Below, one piece after another: positions 17,868 through 26,924 of a stretch of DNA of 32,000 bases; within the stretch, counting starts at the first letter, position 1; each line of letters begins with the position of its first letter. The notes below the pieces were generated by a model, which had not been told where the DNA came from, ran no database searches, and saw only the letters and a program-made list of their open reading frames with translations. The position numbers were made by a program, and so were the translations under genes. This DNA comes from Desulfotalea psychrophila LSv54 (GTDB lineage: Bacteria > Desulfobacterota > Desulfobulbia > Desulfobulbales > Desulfocapsaceae): the NCBI RefSeq assembly GCF_000025945.1, contig NC_006138.1, forward strand, positions 2,070,001 to 2,102,000. Direction: 5' to 3'.

Positions 17868-18401
17868 TTAGGCAGCTAGAAGTTTCATCTCCACCAAAAA
17901 GTGTTCTTCGCTTCCATCCAGATAGTGATCAAACTCACAGGCAAACATCATATCTATACCCGCCTGCATCTGCAACAGGAGTTGGGCCTCCTTCTTGGCA
18001 GTTGGCAGGGGCTGTCCATCTGCAAAGAGGGCATATACGGGGCCCGTAAGGCCGAAGGTCAGGGCCGCCTCGGCCAGGGGAATGTTTGCCAGGGTATAGC
18101 CAAAGAGGGCGGGGCTTGCCAGGGTAGAATTCTCATCCATGGAATCGACAAAGGCCCGATCGGTAAAGAGAGAGCCTCGGCGGCTGGCACCAATAAGACC
18201 GACGTTCAGCCCCTTGCCGTCCAGTCGCTCTCCTGGCATGAGCAGATCTTGTTCCTGCAATAGCTGGGCAAGTTCAACAATCAGCAGGCGGCTGAGAGGA
18301 GACATTCTGCCCCAACGAGGAGGGATGCTGCCCAGTAGCCCCTTTACCTGCTCGTCTGCCTGTGCTGCCAATAAACCTTTTTTTATCTCTAGCGGGATCA
18401 T
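17868..18401 (-). CDS. Second short ketosynthase-like protein (non-catalytic)
   Basis: 177 aa; LFGYTLANIPLAEAALTFGLTGPVYALFADGQPL resembles the KS N-terminal fold; nucleophile Cys and both His motifs absent. Confidence 0.65.
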   Translation of the reverse strand: MIPLEIKKGLLAAQADEQVKGLLGSIPPRWGRMSPLSRLLIVELAQLLQEQDLLMPGERLDGKGLNVGLIGASRRGSLFTDRAFVDSMDENSTLASPALFGYTLANIPLAEAALTFGLTGPVYALFADGQPLPTAKKEAQLLLQMQAGIDMMFACEFDHYLDGSEEHFLVEMKLLAA

Positions 18402-19462
18402 ATTTTCTTTGCATCCTCAGCTCGGTTCAGCCAACAGAGTGGATCTTCTGCCAGATAGTCCCCGGAAACCTGGTAGGCATGACCACGGCAGCCATAGCAG
18501 ACCTCACTGAGATCACAGCTGGCGCAACGTCCCTTGATCTTCGAGCGTATCTGGCGGAGATCCTGAAAAACCGGGGCCTGGCTAATGATCTCTGCCAGAG
18601 ATTGACTGCGGATAGATCCTGCCCTGATATTCACTCCCGGACAGGGCTGTACCTCGCCTATGGAGGTGACCGTACAGGAATATTCATGACGGGCACAGTG
18701 AGAGGCGGCCAGAGGAGGATGGGCAATCCAGTTGCAGGAAAACTCTTCACTGTCAATTCGGGAGAGCTCCTTAAAGAGACGCTCCACCTGCTCAGGCTCG
18801 ACTGCTAAGTCGTTGTGCTCGGTGGCCCGACCCTGCATGGTCATGGCCTCTACATATGGGGAAATGCCCTGGTAACGTGCCCAGCGCCAAAGGTCCGGTA
18901 GCTCATCAAAATTTTGCTGACAGATGATGGTCTCTATGCCCAGGGCACAGTTTTCACCCGGATAACCTGCATCAGTAAGGGCCTTAAAGGCCTTTTCAAT
19001 TGCCTGGTGGGTACCCACTCTCCCGGCTAGATAATCCTGTACTTCCGGAATCTTACTGTTCATCTTCAGGACAACATCAACCTCCAGCTTCTGCAGGCGG
19101 ATGGCAACATCGGAGCTCAGGCTCAGGCCGTTGGTGAAGAGATCGACGGCCAGCCCTTTATTTCGAATATACTCTATGACTTCAAAAAGATGGGGGTAGA
19201 GGAGGGGCTCACCACCACCGAGAACAATTATCTTTTGTGCGCCGAGTCCTATGGCCTGGTCGATAATATCTTTTATCTCTACCAGAGTGAGCTCATTTTT
19301 TAGAGGCACACCGGAGGCGGCATAACAGTAGACGCAGCGTAAATCACAAATACGTGAGAGCTCCAGCTCCAGGGAGAGCAGTCCACCCCGCGCGCGACAC
19401 TTTGCTATCTCTTCCGGACTAAACTCCATTCCCAACTGTTCACTTAAACATGCCATTAACAT
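18398..19462 (-). CDS. Radical SAM/SPASM domain protein
   Basis: CDLRCVYCYAASG and C-terminal Cys-rich CASCDLSEVCYGCRGHAYQVSGDYLAEDPLC. Confidence 0.92.
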   Translation of the reverse strand: MLMACLSEQLGMEFSPEEIAKCRARGGLLSLELELSRICDLRCVYCYAASGVPLKNELTLVEIKDIIDQAIGLGAQKIIVLGGGEPLLYPHLFEVIEYIRNKGLAVDLFTNGLSLSSDVAIRLQKLEVDVVLKMNSKIPEVQDYLAGRVGTHQAIEKAFKALTDAGYPGENCALGIETIICQQNFDELPDLWRWARYQGISPYVEAMTMQGRATEHNDLAVEPEQVERLFKELSRIDSEEFSCNWIAHPPLAASHCARHEYSCTVTSIGEVQPCPGVNIRAGSIRSQSLAEIISQAPVFQDLRQIRSKIKGRCASCDLSEVCYGCRGHAYQVSGDYLAEDPLCWLNRAEDAKKI

Positions 19463-19513
19463 AATCCTTCAAAAATATAGTAAGAACAGATATTTAGCCA
19501 TCTGTTCCGGAAA

Positions 19514-20818
19514 TTACCTATAATCAAAAAACTTTCTTGGTTTTCGTCCACCATCCGCCGTCATGGTGGCCTTAACCTGTTCGGGAGGAAGCACCGTCAG
19601 GGTAGGTTTTACCCGCAGCTGTGCCTGGAGCATCTCCTCAAATTTTTTGTCCAGCGCCTTATCATCACAGCCAACCACTACATGGACATCATCAATTCCA
19701 TCGGCACCTGTACGTACCTCAACGTATGCTCCAGAAACGGCCTCAACCTTCTGCAGAATATTGAAGATTGTTTCAGGATAAAGGGTTGTCCCCTTATATT
19801 TCAGTCGCTGAGCCAGACGTCCCTCCACGGGGCCCAGTCGTTTGGTGTTCCAGCCACAGGCACATGGGGAGTTTTCCAATCGACTGATATCACCAGTTTT
19901 AAGGCGGACCAGGGGGAATCCCTCGATGCCCAGAGGTGTTACCACCACCTCGCCAGAAACGCCATCGGCTACCACCCTGCCATGATCATCCACCACCTCG
20001 ACCAACATCAGCTCAGGGTGGACATGTCCGCCCCGGGCCATGGTGCATTCGCTAAAGGCAGTTTCAAACTCTGTTGCCCCGTAAGAAGAGTAGAGGTCTG
20101 CTTGCCAGAGATCATGTAGTTGAGCGCCAAGTGGGGTGAGACCGTGATCCGGTTGCCGCACAGATTCACCTATGGTGATAATGCTCTTAATCGAAGAGGT
20201 GGCAGGGTCTATTCCTTCCGCCAAGGCCCACTGGCCGAGATCGCGTAAAAATGTGGGTACCCCGACAATGATCTTGGGCTTTAGGGTGTTTATGGTGTGC
20301 CACTGACGAGCCGGTTGGCCGGGGCCGCTGCGAATTGCCGAGGCGCCCAGAAAGGTTATGCCGGAGTAGTAGGCAAGTCCTGCTACAAAACACCTGTCCA
20401 GAGTTACCGTTAGTAGTACCCTGTCCTCAGGTCGAACTCCCGCGCCATAAAAGGCCATTGCCTCGTTAAAGGCCAGTCGTTTCAGATCTGCTTCGGTATA
20501 GGGGACCACAACCGCATTACCCGTGGTTCCCGATGTCAGGGCAATATCACGAAAGGCCCTTTCATTACGCAAACCAAATGCGTCAGCATGACTGTCCAGC
20601 TGTTCTCTGGTCGTGAAGGGGAGTTGGGAGAGCTCTGCAACAGAGCTTAGAGCCTCTATCTCTTTTTTCCCTATGCCCAACGCCTTTTTGTAAAAGGGTA
20701 TGCTGAGGGCATGGAGCAGATGTCTCTTGAGCAGTACCAGTTGTACCTCTTCAATTTGCGCCAGAGGGGCCCTGCGAAGAGAAATAGCCTGCTCGATATT
20801 GTACTTATCTGCCAACAT
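19514..20818 (-). CDS. AMP-dependent synthetase/ligase, phenylacetate-CoA ligase (PaaK/CapK)-like
   Basis: LTSGTTGNAVVVPYT, YSSYGATEFE, RLKTGDISRL. Confidence 0.9.
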   Translation of the reverse strand: MLADKYNIEQAISLRRAPLAQIEEVQLVLLKRHLLHALSIPFYKKALGIGKKEIEALSSVAELSQLPFTTREQLDSHADAFGLRNERAFRDIALTSGTTGNAVVVPYTEADLKRLAFNEAMAFYGAGVRPEDRVLLTVTLDRCFVAGLAYYSGITFLGASAIRSGPGQPARQWHTINTLKPKIIVGVPTFLRDLGQWALAEGIDPATSSIKSIITIGESVRQPDHGLTPLGAQLHDLWQADLYSSYGATEFETAFSECTMARGGHVHPELMLVEVVDDHGRVVADGVSGEVVVTPLGIEGFPLVRLKTGDISRLENSPCACGWNTKRLGPVEGRLAQRLKYKGTTLYPETIFNILQKVEAVSGAYVEVRTGADGIDDVHVVVGCDDKALDKKFEEMLQAQLRVKPTLTVLPPEQVKATMTADGGRKPRKFFDYR

Positions 20819-20913
20819 AGTATTGCCTTTTCACTTGGGGAAACCTTGAAAAAATAGATTTTTCTTTAAATTTCCGCATTATTCGAAAAATCTTCCAAGC
20901 TAGCTAACCTCTG

Positions 20914-21654
20914 TCAACTAAAATGGCCATATTCCCGGAGAGTGGTCTCTATTTGCTCTTGGACATAACGACGCATGCGCTGAACATCATCTCGACCACC
21001 ACTTTTCTCTGGATAGACAGGTTCAAGTACCACCAACTTTACCCTGCCGCACGACAGTAGTCGTTTTCCCGGGGCGAGGATATCTGCTGATCCCAGGATA
21101 CATACGGGAATGATGGGTCTGTTGGTCTCCTGAGCCAGGGTAAATGCCCCCGTTTTAAACCGGGCCAACTGTCGATTGCGGGAACGATGTCCCTCGGGCC
21201 AGATAGTTACATAGCATCCATCATCAAGCATCTTCTGGCTTTTACTTAAAATCTCAGCCCAACCCTTTTCGGCATTTGCATAGCCGGCAATTTTCATAAA
21301 AAAGCTATACAGGGGGATTTTGAAGGGCCAGGAGGTGACAAAACCACTCTCTACAGGGATAGCTCCAAAAAGATAGGGATCTATGGCCGAATTGTGGTTC
21401 GCAACAAAAATTGAGGCCGGTGGTAAGCTCTTTGTCCGGTAAATAACCTCAACGGGTGCCCAGAAGGGTATTTTGCAGACCAAGATCCAACCGTAAAGAC
21501 AGATTCCCCGGCGCAGAGCAGAGCCGATGCTTACAGAATTAACTGTTACGCAGAGCAGGATAGTAAGGGGGGATATGATGACTGCAATGGCTGTGACCAC
21601 GGTGAAGGCCATAAAAAAATAGCAGTTCCACAATATTTTTTGCAAAAGGATCAT
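20914..21654 (-). CDS. PlsC-type 1-acyl-glycerol-3-phosphate acyltransferase
   Basis: HX4D motif NHNSAIDP and WPEGHRSRNRQLARFKTG. Confidence 0.92.
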   Translation of the reverse strand: MILLQKILWNCYFFMAFTVVTAIAVIISPLTILLCVTVNSVSIGSALRRGICLYGWILVCKIPFWAPVEVIYRTKSLPPASIFVANHNSAIDPYLFGAIPVESGFVTSWPFKIPLYSFFMKIAGYANAEKGWAEILSKSQKMLDDGCYVTIWPEGHRSRNRQLARFKTGAFTLAQETNRPIIPVCILGSADILAPGKRLLSCGRVKLVVLEPVYPEKSGGRDDVQRMRRYVQEQIETTLREYGHFS

Positions 21655-21911
21655 GCAGCTGTCTGGCCCGCCTTTTTCTTAACAATAAATTCTGCCAAAT
21701 CCTTCAGGGTCCAGATGGAGCGGATCTCTTTTTCATCAGCAAGTTTCAGGCCAAATGTTTTTTCTAAAACGATAACCATATCAACGGCATCAAGACTATC
21801 AAGCCCAAGCTCCTCATAGAGGGATGCCTCCGGAGTCATCTCTTCCCGGTTGAGTTCAAACTCTTCTGCAAGTACATCAACGACTGTTTGAAAAACTTCT
21901 TTATCTGTCAT
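21651..21911 (-). CDS. Acyl carrier protein (ACP-3)
   Basis: LGLDSLDAVDMVIVLE; ATGA-type overlaps on both sides. Confidence 0.93.
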   Translation of the reverse strand: MTDKEVFQTVVDVLAEEFELNREEMTPEASLYEELGLDSLDAVDMVIVLEKTFGLKLADEKEIRSIWTLKDLAEFIVKKKAGQTAA

Positions 21912-23155
21912 GGGTATATGTCATTTCTTATTGCCAGCGAGGTATTTACACCTCCAAGGGCAAAATTGTTTTTTAATATAGTTTTCAAAAAAGCGGAACT
22001 CTTCTCTCTGATTAGCGAAATACCATTGCAACGGGGATCAGCCAGGGATAAATTTCGGGTAGGGATGATCTCCTGACGCTGCATCATTTCCAGTACAGCT
22101 ATTATCTCCAGGGCTCCGGAGGCACCGAGGGTATGGCCTAAATGTCCCTTAAAAGAACTTACCGGGATCAGGGGGCCAAGGACGCTGGCGATGGCTCTAG
22201 CCTCGGCAATATCACCAAGCTCAGTTCCCGTTGCATGGGCGTTGACATAATCAATATCTGCGGCAATGATCCCTGCCTCCGACATTGCTCTGCTCATGGC
22301 CCTTTGCATGGAGTGGGTATCGGGGTTAGCAATATGGCCACTATCGGTGACATTACCAAAGCCTACTATCTCTCCATATATTTTCGCCCCCCGTGCCTGG
22401 GCTGAGGCCAACTCTTCTAACACTAAAACACCACTTCCTCCACCACAAACTACCCCATCCCGGTCTTTGGCAAAGGGGCGACAGGAAGATTCCGGCTCCT
22501 GATGCCGACGAGAGGCTGCGCCTAATAGATCAAAAACACCGGTCACCGATGGATGCGTCTCTTCGGCTCCGCCACAGAGCATTGCCTGCTGTCTTCCCGC
22601 TTTAATGAGGATATAACCCAAGCCTATGGCCTGAGAGGAGGAGGTGCAGGCACTCGCAGGGCCCCACTGTTCTCCCTTTATCCCCAGGGTAAGGCTGACG
22701 TTTGCCGCGCAGGAGTGACCCATGGACTTAAAAAATTCCCCTGACTTGATTCCCTGCAGTGAGCTGTTGACCAGATACTGTAAGTAAAAAGTTTCATAGG
22801 CCGCAGGGCTACCGGTGGTTGAGCCGATGGCAACACCTATATCACCCGAGGAGAGGCACTCTTTGTCTATGCCACTGTCGGCCACCGCTTCTTGGGAGGC
22901 GATGGTGGCAAACATGGCCATTTTTCCCATGGTACGACGTTGTATGCGGGGTAATATTTTCAGATCAAAATCTGGTACCGGAGCAGCCAGATGACTTCCA
23001 AGGCCTGCTACGTCCTGCCATTCCGGAATAGAGCGAATGGCGGAACATCCCTGCCAGAGATTTTCCAGTAGAGTAGGTACACCCAAACCAAAGGGAGAGA
23101 CTGCGCCTCTGCCAGTTATAACGACCCGTTTATTCACAGTTGCACACTTCTCCAA
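21908..23155 (-). CDS. Beta-ketoacyl-ACP synthase (KS-3)
   Basis: ASACTSSSQA, VNAHATGT, KGHLGHTLGASG. Confidence 0.93.
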   Translation of the reverse strand: MEKCATVNKRVVITGRGAVSPFGLGVPTLLENLWQGCSAIRSIPEWQDVAGLGSHLAAPVPDFDLKILPRIQRRTMGKMAMFATIASQEAVADSGIDKECLSSGDIGVAIGSTTGSPAAYETFYLQYLVNSSLQGIKSGEFFKSMGHSCAANVSLTLGIKGEQWGPASACTSSSQAIGLGYILIKAGRQQAMLCGGAEETHPSVTGVFDLLGAASRRHQEPESSCRPFAKDRDGVVCGGGSGVLVLEELASAQARGAKIYGEIVGFGNVTDSGHIANPDTHSMQRAMSRAMSEAGIIAADIDYVNAHATGTELGDIAEARAIASVLGPLIPVSSFKGHLGHTLGASGALEIIAVLEMMQRQEIIPTRNLSLADPRCNGISLIREKSSAFLKTILKNNFALGGVNTSLAIRNDIYP

Positions 23156-24633
23156 AGATCTTCTAAACCAAGTATTTCTCCAGCACTTACCAGTCCTGCA
23201 ACAGAGGCTCCAACAACTCCTGTCATAAGTGTGGATTGCCCACTTAGGTAAAACCCTGGTAAACGCGTACGTACATCGGGGTTAAACTGTCCTAAGCAGT
23301 GCATTGCGCCATAGGTACAGCCGGAGGGCGCAGAGAGTTCATCGCGAAAGGTAAGGGGGCTTGCAGTGGCAAGGGGATTCAGGGTTCCACATATATCCCC
23401 CCATTTTTCTTCTGCTCTATGAATCATTTTTTCGGCAATGGCTCTTTTCCACTCTGTATATTCAGGCCCCCTAGGTGGAGAATTCTTGCCTGCAAATTGC
23501 TCGATATCCTGCCAATAACCAGTACTCAGTAATATAACGTCATTGCCTTGACCATGCAATCCTTTCTGTGGAACTGCTGGGGCACCGCTTGTCATAAGCA
23601 TCGTGCGCTGATGGGGGGCAAGTTGGCTCTGTTGAGGGAGGATGGCCCCTTCTTTCGGGAAAAGATAGTAGTTTAGTATGCCGTCGGCACAGTCTACCCT
23701 CTTTTCTGATTCTGCAAAAACGGCAAACATTGAAAGAGAGGGACGCAGGTTTTTTACCCTGGTTTTATAGGCTGGTCGGAAGCCCTGTGGGGGGAGGAGG
23801 TCAAGCGATTGGCTCGGGTGACCTGTATAAATTACCTGCTGACAGGTGATCTCTTCTCCCGAGGCAAGTTGAACCCCTGCGGTCATTCCATTGTTCACCA
23901 GAACTGAGGTGACCTCAGCATTGAGGGTGAGAGTTGCCCCATATTTGTCCAGGGCGTTTGCAAAGGAATCGACAACACTCTGTCCTCCTCCTGCTACCTT
24001 GTATGCACCCGAGTAATAACCATGGGCGACCAGGGAATGGACCTCAAGTGAGGCATCAGCTGTTGGCACCCCATAGAGAAATCCGGGTGCCTCAAGTACA
24101 GCTCGCAGGAGTCTGTCGTCGGTGATGCTCTTTAGAAAACTGGAAAGAGACTGGGCATTTTCCTTATATCCTCGCAGGAAGGGAAGGAGGGGGAGATGAG
24201 GCTTATAAAAGGGCACATCCTGGCAATTTTCTTGCACCGTTTTCAGGTATTTTCTGATGCCCTGTAGTTCTCTTGGAAACTCTCTCTCCAGTTCTTCGGC
24301 AAGTTTTTCATAGGAAAAATAACCCCGAATAACGCGTCCGCTTGCCCCGTCCTCAAAATGATCATAGCCTGCTGGATCAGAGGGGATAATGTCTAAGCTC
24401 TGCAAGACACCGCAGTGTTTCCAGAGGAAATTTAATACCTCTCCTTCTCCCAGGCATCCTGTGTAGTGGAATCCCACGTCAAAGGCGTGTCTCTTTCTGG
24501 TGAACTGCCGGATAGATCCGCCCGGATATCTGCTCTTTTCCAGAATTACTACCTTCTTGCCATGTTTTGCCAGCAGGGCACCGGCGGTTAGGCCACTTAT
24601 GCCACTCCCTATAATAACAACGTCTGCCCTCAC
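23134..24633 (-). CDS. FAD-dependent oxidoreductase, phytoene desaturase/carotenoid isomerase/retinol saturase-like
   Basis: VVIIGSGISGLTAGALLAKHGKKVVILEKSRYPGG; GTG start with GGGAGG upstream; LPGFYLSGQSTLMTGVVGASVAG near C-terminus. Confidence 0.9.
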   Translation of the reverse strand: MRADVVIIGSGISGLTAGALLAKHGKKVVILEKSRYPGGSIRQFTRKRHAFDVGFHYTGCLGEGEVLNFLWKHCGVLQSLDIIPSDPAGYDHFEDGASGRVIRGYFSYEKLAEELEREFPRELQGIRKYLKTVQENCQDVPFYKPHLPLLPFLRGYKENAQSLSSFLKSITDDRLLRAVLEAPGFLYGVPTADASLEVHSLVAHGYYSGAYKVAGGGQSVVDSFANALDKYGATLTLNAEVTSVLVNNGMTAGVQLASGEEITCQQVIYTGHPSQSLDLLPPQGFRPAYKTRVKNLRPSLSMFAVFAESEKRVDCADGILNYYLFPKEGAILPQQSQLAPHQRTMLMTSGAPAVPQKGLHGQGNDVILLSTGYWQDIEQFAGKNSPPRGPEYTEWKRAIAEKMIHRAEEKWGDICGTLNPLATASPLTFRDELSAPSGCTYGAMHCLGQFNPDVRTRLPGFYLSGQSTLMTGVVGASVAGLVSAGEILGLEDLWRSVQL

Positions 24634-24681
24634 AGTTCCTCCCAGGATTCGTGTTTTTTATTTTTGCTGACAAAAGTCAAA

Positions 24682-24708
24682 CCATCGGTAAAAAAATATA
24701 TACGATGG
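24682..24708. promoter_or_regulatory. Candidate operator in the divergent intergenic region: CCATCG-N15-CGATGG
   Basis: 6-bp perfect inverted repeat between the start of the biosynthetic operon (24633, -) and the MFS gene (24895, +). Confidence 0.35.
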
Positions 24709-24894
24709 ATTAATTTATCACATAACTAACAGCAACTCATTGTTCAATGTAAAGAGATTTTTTCTTCTAATAGGCAACAATTGTGTCTCTTGCCAAGAAA
24801 ATTCGTTTTGATGCCTTGATAATTCATCTGTTCTTATGCTAGAAAATCATAGGAGAGAAGCCGCGAAAAAAAAAATCAGTAATAGGTTGAAAAT

Positions 24895-26289
24895 ATGAGC
24901 ATCAAACAAAAAAATGGTGAAGCTTCCACCATCATTTTGGTATCCATTGTCCAGTTTATCACTCCCTTTATGGCCTCCGGGGTGAGTGTTGCTCTGCCCA
25001 CAATTGGTCGCCATTTTTCTGCAAGTGCCTTTCAACTCGGTCTTGCTGAGATGATCTATATTCTGGGCGTAAGCATATTTCTGCTGGCAGCGGGGCAGTT
25101 GGCCGATATATTTGGCAGAAAGAAGATTTTTCTCATGGGTATTTGTGGCTTTATTATCTCTACCTTTGCTATTACCGCCACCAGGTCAATGGGGCAGTTT
25201 CTCCTTGTCAGGTTTGTGCAGGGGCTCAGTGTTTCCTTTATTGCCACCACCACCTTTGCCATCCTCTCCTCCGTCGTTCCGCGGGAGCGTCGGGGAAAAA
25301 GTATGGGCATTGTTCTTGCCTTTGTCTATGCAGGACTTTCAGCAGGCCCAGCTCTGGGTGGATTCATTGTCTTCCAATTTAACTGGCACTGGCTCTTTGT
25401 CTTTGCCGGCCTACTTGCCAGCTTGGCCCTTCTTCTCTGTTTAAAAACTCTCAAAGGTGAGTGGTGGGGTAGCCCCGAGCAGAAATTTGATTATCGTGGC
25501 TGTGCTGTCTATATGCTTTCTCTCTCCTTTCTGGTAGTGGGTGTTGCCGGTCACACTATGGTGGGCGGCTATGCCGCTGCCCTAGTTGTAGCCGGTATTG
25601 TTGGTCTTTCTTTCTTTTTCTGGTTGGAGACCAGGGTGAAATCACCGATGCTTGACGTTCGTATGATTTTTGCTAATCGCGTACTCTTTTTTACGGTGCT
25701 GGCTGCCCTGATCAACTATGGAGCAAGTTTTGCTATTATCTTTTTTTTCAGTCTCTATTTACAGAGCGTAAAGGGACTCTTGCCACAGGTGGCAGGCTCT
25801 GTTCTCATCCTGCAAACCCTTGTTCAATGTATTCTCTCTCCTCTCTCAGGAAAACTTGCCGATAAAATTTATCCGGGAAAAATAGCCACCCTTGGTATGT
25901 TTGTTGGCACCATCGGTCTTGGTATGGCAAGCCTGATCGAACAGGAGAGTTCCGTTGCCATGGTTGCCTTAGTCTTTGTGGTAGTGGGTGTGGGCTTTGG
26001 CCTCTTTGCCTCACCCAATATGACTATTATTATGAACTCGGTACCACAAGAGGCATATGGGCAGGCCTCAAGTCTCACAGCTACGGTACGAACTCTGGGG
26101 ATGCTCACTAGCATGGCCATAGCGTCTCTCTTGGTCTCCCATTTCATGGGCGATACTCCCATCAACAAGGAGAGCATTCCTCTCTTTATGAAGAGTTTGC
26201 AGGGGGCGATGCTGACCTTTACCCTTATGAGTCTGGTGGGTGTCTTTCTCTCCCTGGGGCGAGCCAAGGCGCCAACCAATGAGCCGTAG
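24895..26289 (+). CDS. MFS transporter (drug:H+ antiporter 2-like), copy 1
   Basis: 464 aa polytopic; DIFGRKKIFLMG and GLSAGPALGG. Confidence 0.92.
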   Translation: MSIKQKNGEASTIILVSIVQFITPFMASGVSVALPTIGRHFSASAFQLGLAEMIYILGVSIFLLAAGQLADIFGRKKIFLMGICGFIISTFAITATRSMGQFLLVRFVQGLSVSFIATTTFAILSSVVPRERRGKSMGIVLAFVYAGLSAGPALGGFIVFQFNWHWLFVFAGLLASLALLLCLKTLKGEWWGSPEQKFDYRGCAVYMLSLSFLVVGVAGHTMVGGYAAALVVAGIVGLSFFFWLETRVKSPMLDVRMIFANRVLFFTVLAALINYGASFAIIFFFSLYLQSVKGLLPQVAGSVLILQTLVQCILSPLSGKLADKIYPGKIATLGMFVGTIGLGMASLIEQESSVAMVALVFVVVGVGFGLFASPNMTIIMNSVPQEAYGQASSLTATVRTLGMLTSMAIASLLVSHFMGDTPINKESIPLFMKSLQGAMLTFTLMSLVGVFLSLGRAKAPTNEP

Positions 26290-26424
26290 CGCCTTGGTCA
26301 TCATCGTTTCATTTCTCAGGGTACTGTAATTTTTTTTCTCTGCCCCTCCCTCTTCTACTGAGAAAGGGCCTCTTCTTGCCACTTTCGATCAACGTTTATT
26401 GACTTTTTTTGAAAAAAAAGTACT

Positions 26425-26453
26425 GTTGCCCAATCAACAGTTGTCGTGTCAAC
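26425..26453. promoter_or_regulatory. Tandem palindromic operator-like site: GTTG-N6-CAAC A GTTG-N6-CAAC
   Basis: Two identical-architecture half-site pairs with 15-bp period, 19 bp before the preferred marR start at 26472 and just after TTGACT. Confidence 0.6.
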
Positions 26454-26471
26454 AATCAATATGGGGTTTCC

Positions 26472-26912
26472 ATGGCTTTTCGAAAAAAGAGTTTAGGCGC
26501 ATGCATTGCGAAAATATTTCGTCTCCAACGTTTAGCGGCCGAGCCCCGTGCCCATGCGCTCGGCATCAGGGAGAGTCAGATCCCATTTCTGGCCTTTATT
26601 CTTGAAAGCCCGGGGATAAATCAGGATGAGCTTTCCAGACAATATTTTATTGATAAGGGTGCTACCGCCCGACAAACGGCAAAGCTTGAAGAGCAGGGGC
26701 TGATCGAAAGGGTAGTTGATCCGGATAACCGGAGAAAAAAACGGCTCTATCCAACCAGCAAGGCTCTTACTCTTGGTCCCGATTTTTACGGAATGCTTGA
26801 TGGCCTCAATGATACCTTCCTGGCGGGGTTTTCAGAAGCAGAGAAGGAACAGCTCCTCCTCCTCCTTGATAAGGTGTCTGTCAATATGTTAAAGCCATCC
26901 ATAAATGAGTAA
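26472..26912 (+). CDS. MarR-family transcriptional regulator
   Basis: Winged-helix residues GINQDELSRQYFIDKGATARQTAKLEEQGLIERVVDPDNRRKKRLYPTSKA; ATG at 26472 preferred over TTG at 26409. Confidence 0.88.
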   Translation: MAFRKKSLGACIAKIFRLQRLAAEPRAHALGIRESQIPFLAFILESPGINQDELSRQYFIDKGATARQTAKLEEQGLIERVVDPDNRRKKRLYPTSKALTLGPDFYGMLDGLNDTFLAGFSEAEKEQLLLLLDKVSVNMLKPSINE

Positions 26913-26924
26913 TAGGTTATAGAA

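Noticed and set aside
16417-19462. RiPP maturation locus (radical SAM/SPASM, ABC transporter, papain-like protein)
   Set aside because: No plausible precursor peptide was found near the radical SAM genes, the ABC ATPase lacks a C39 domain, and the surroundings are ACP/KS genes.
977-24633. Classical aryl polyene cluster
   Set aside because: The shared core is clear, but no histidine/tyrosine ammonia lyase or methyltransferase is present, and two radical SAM enzymes plus a desaturase are extra.
26312-26365. Inverted repeat TTTCTCAG...CTGAGAAA after MFS copy 1
   Set aside because: 38-nt loop makes a functional hairpin or operator doubtful; noted only as weak.
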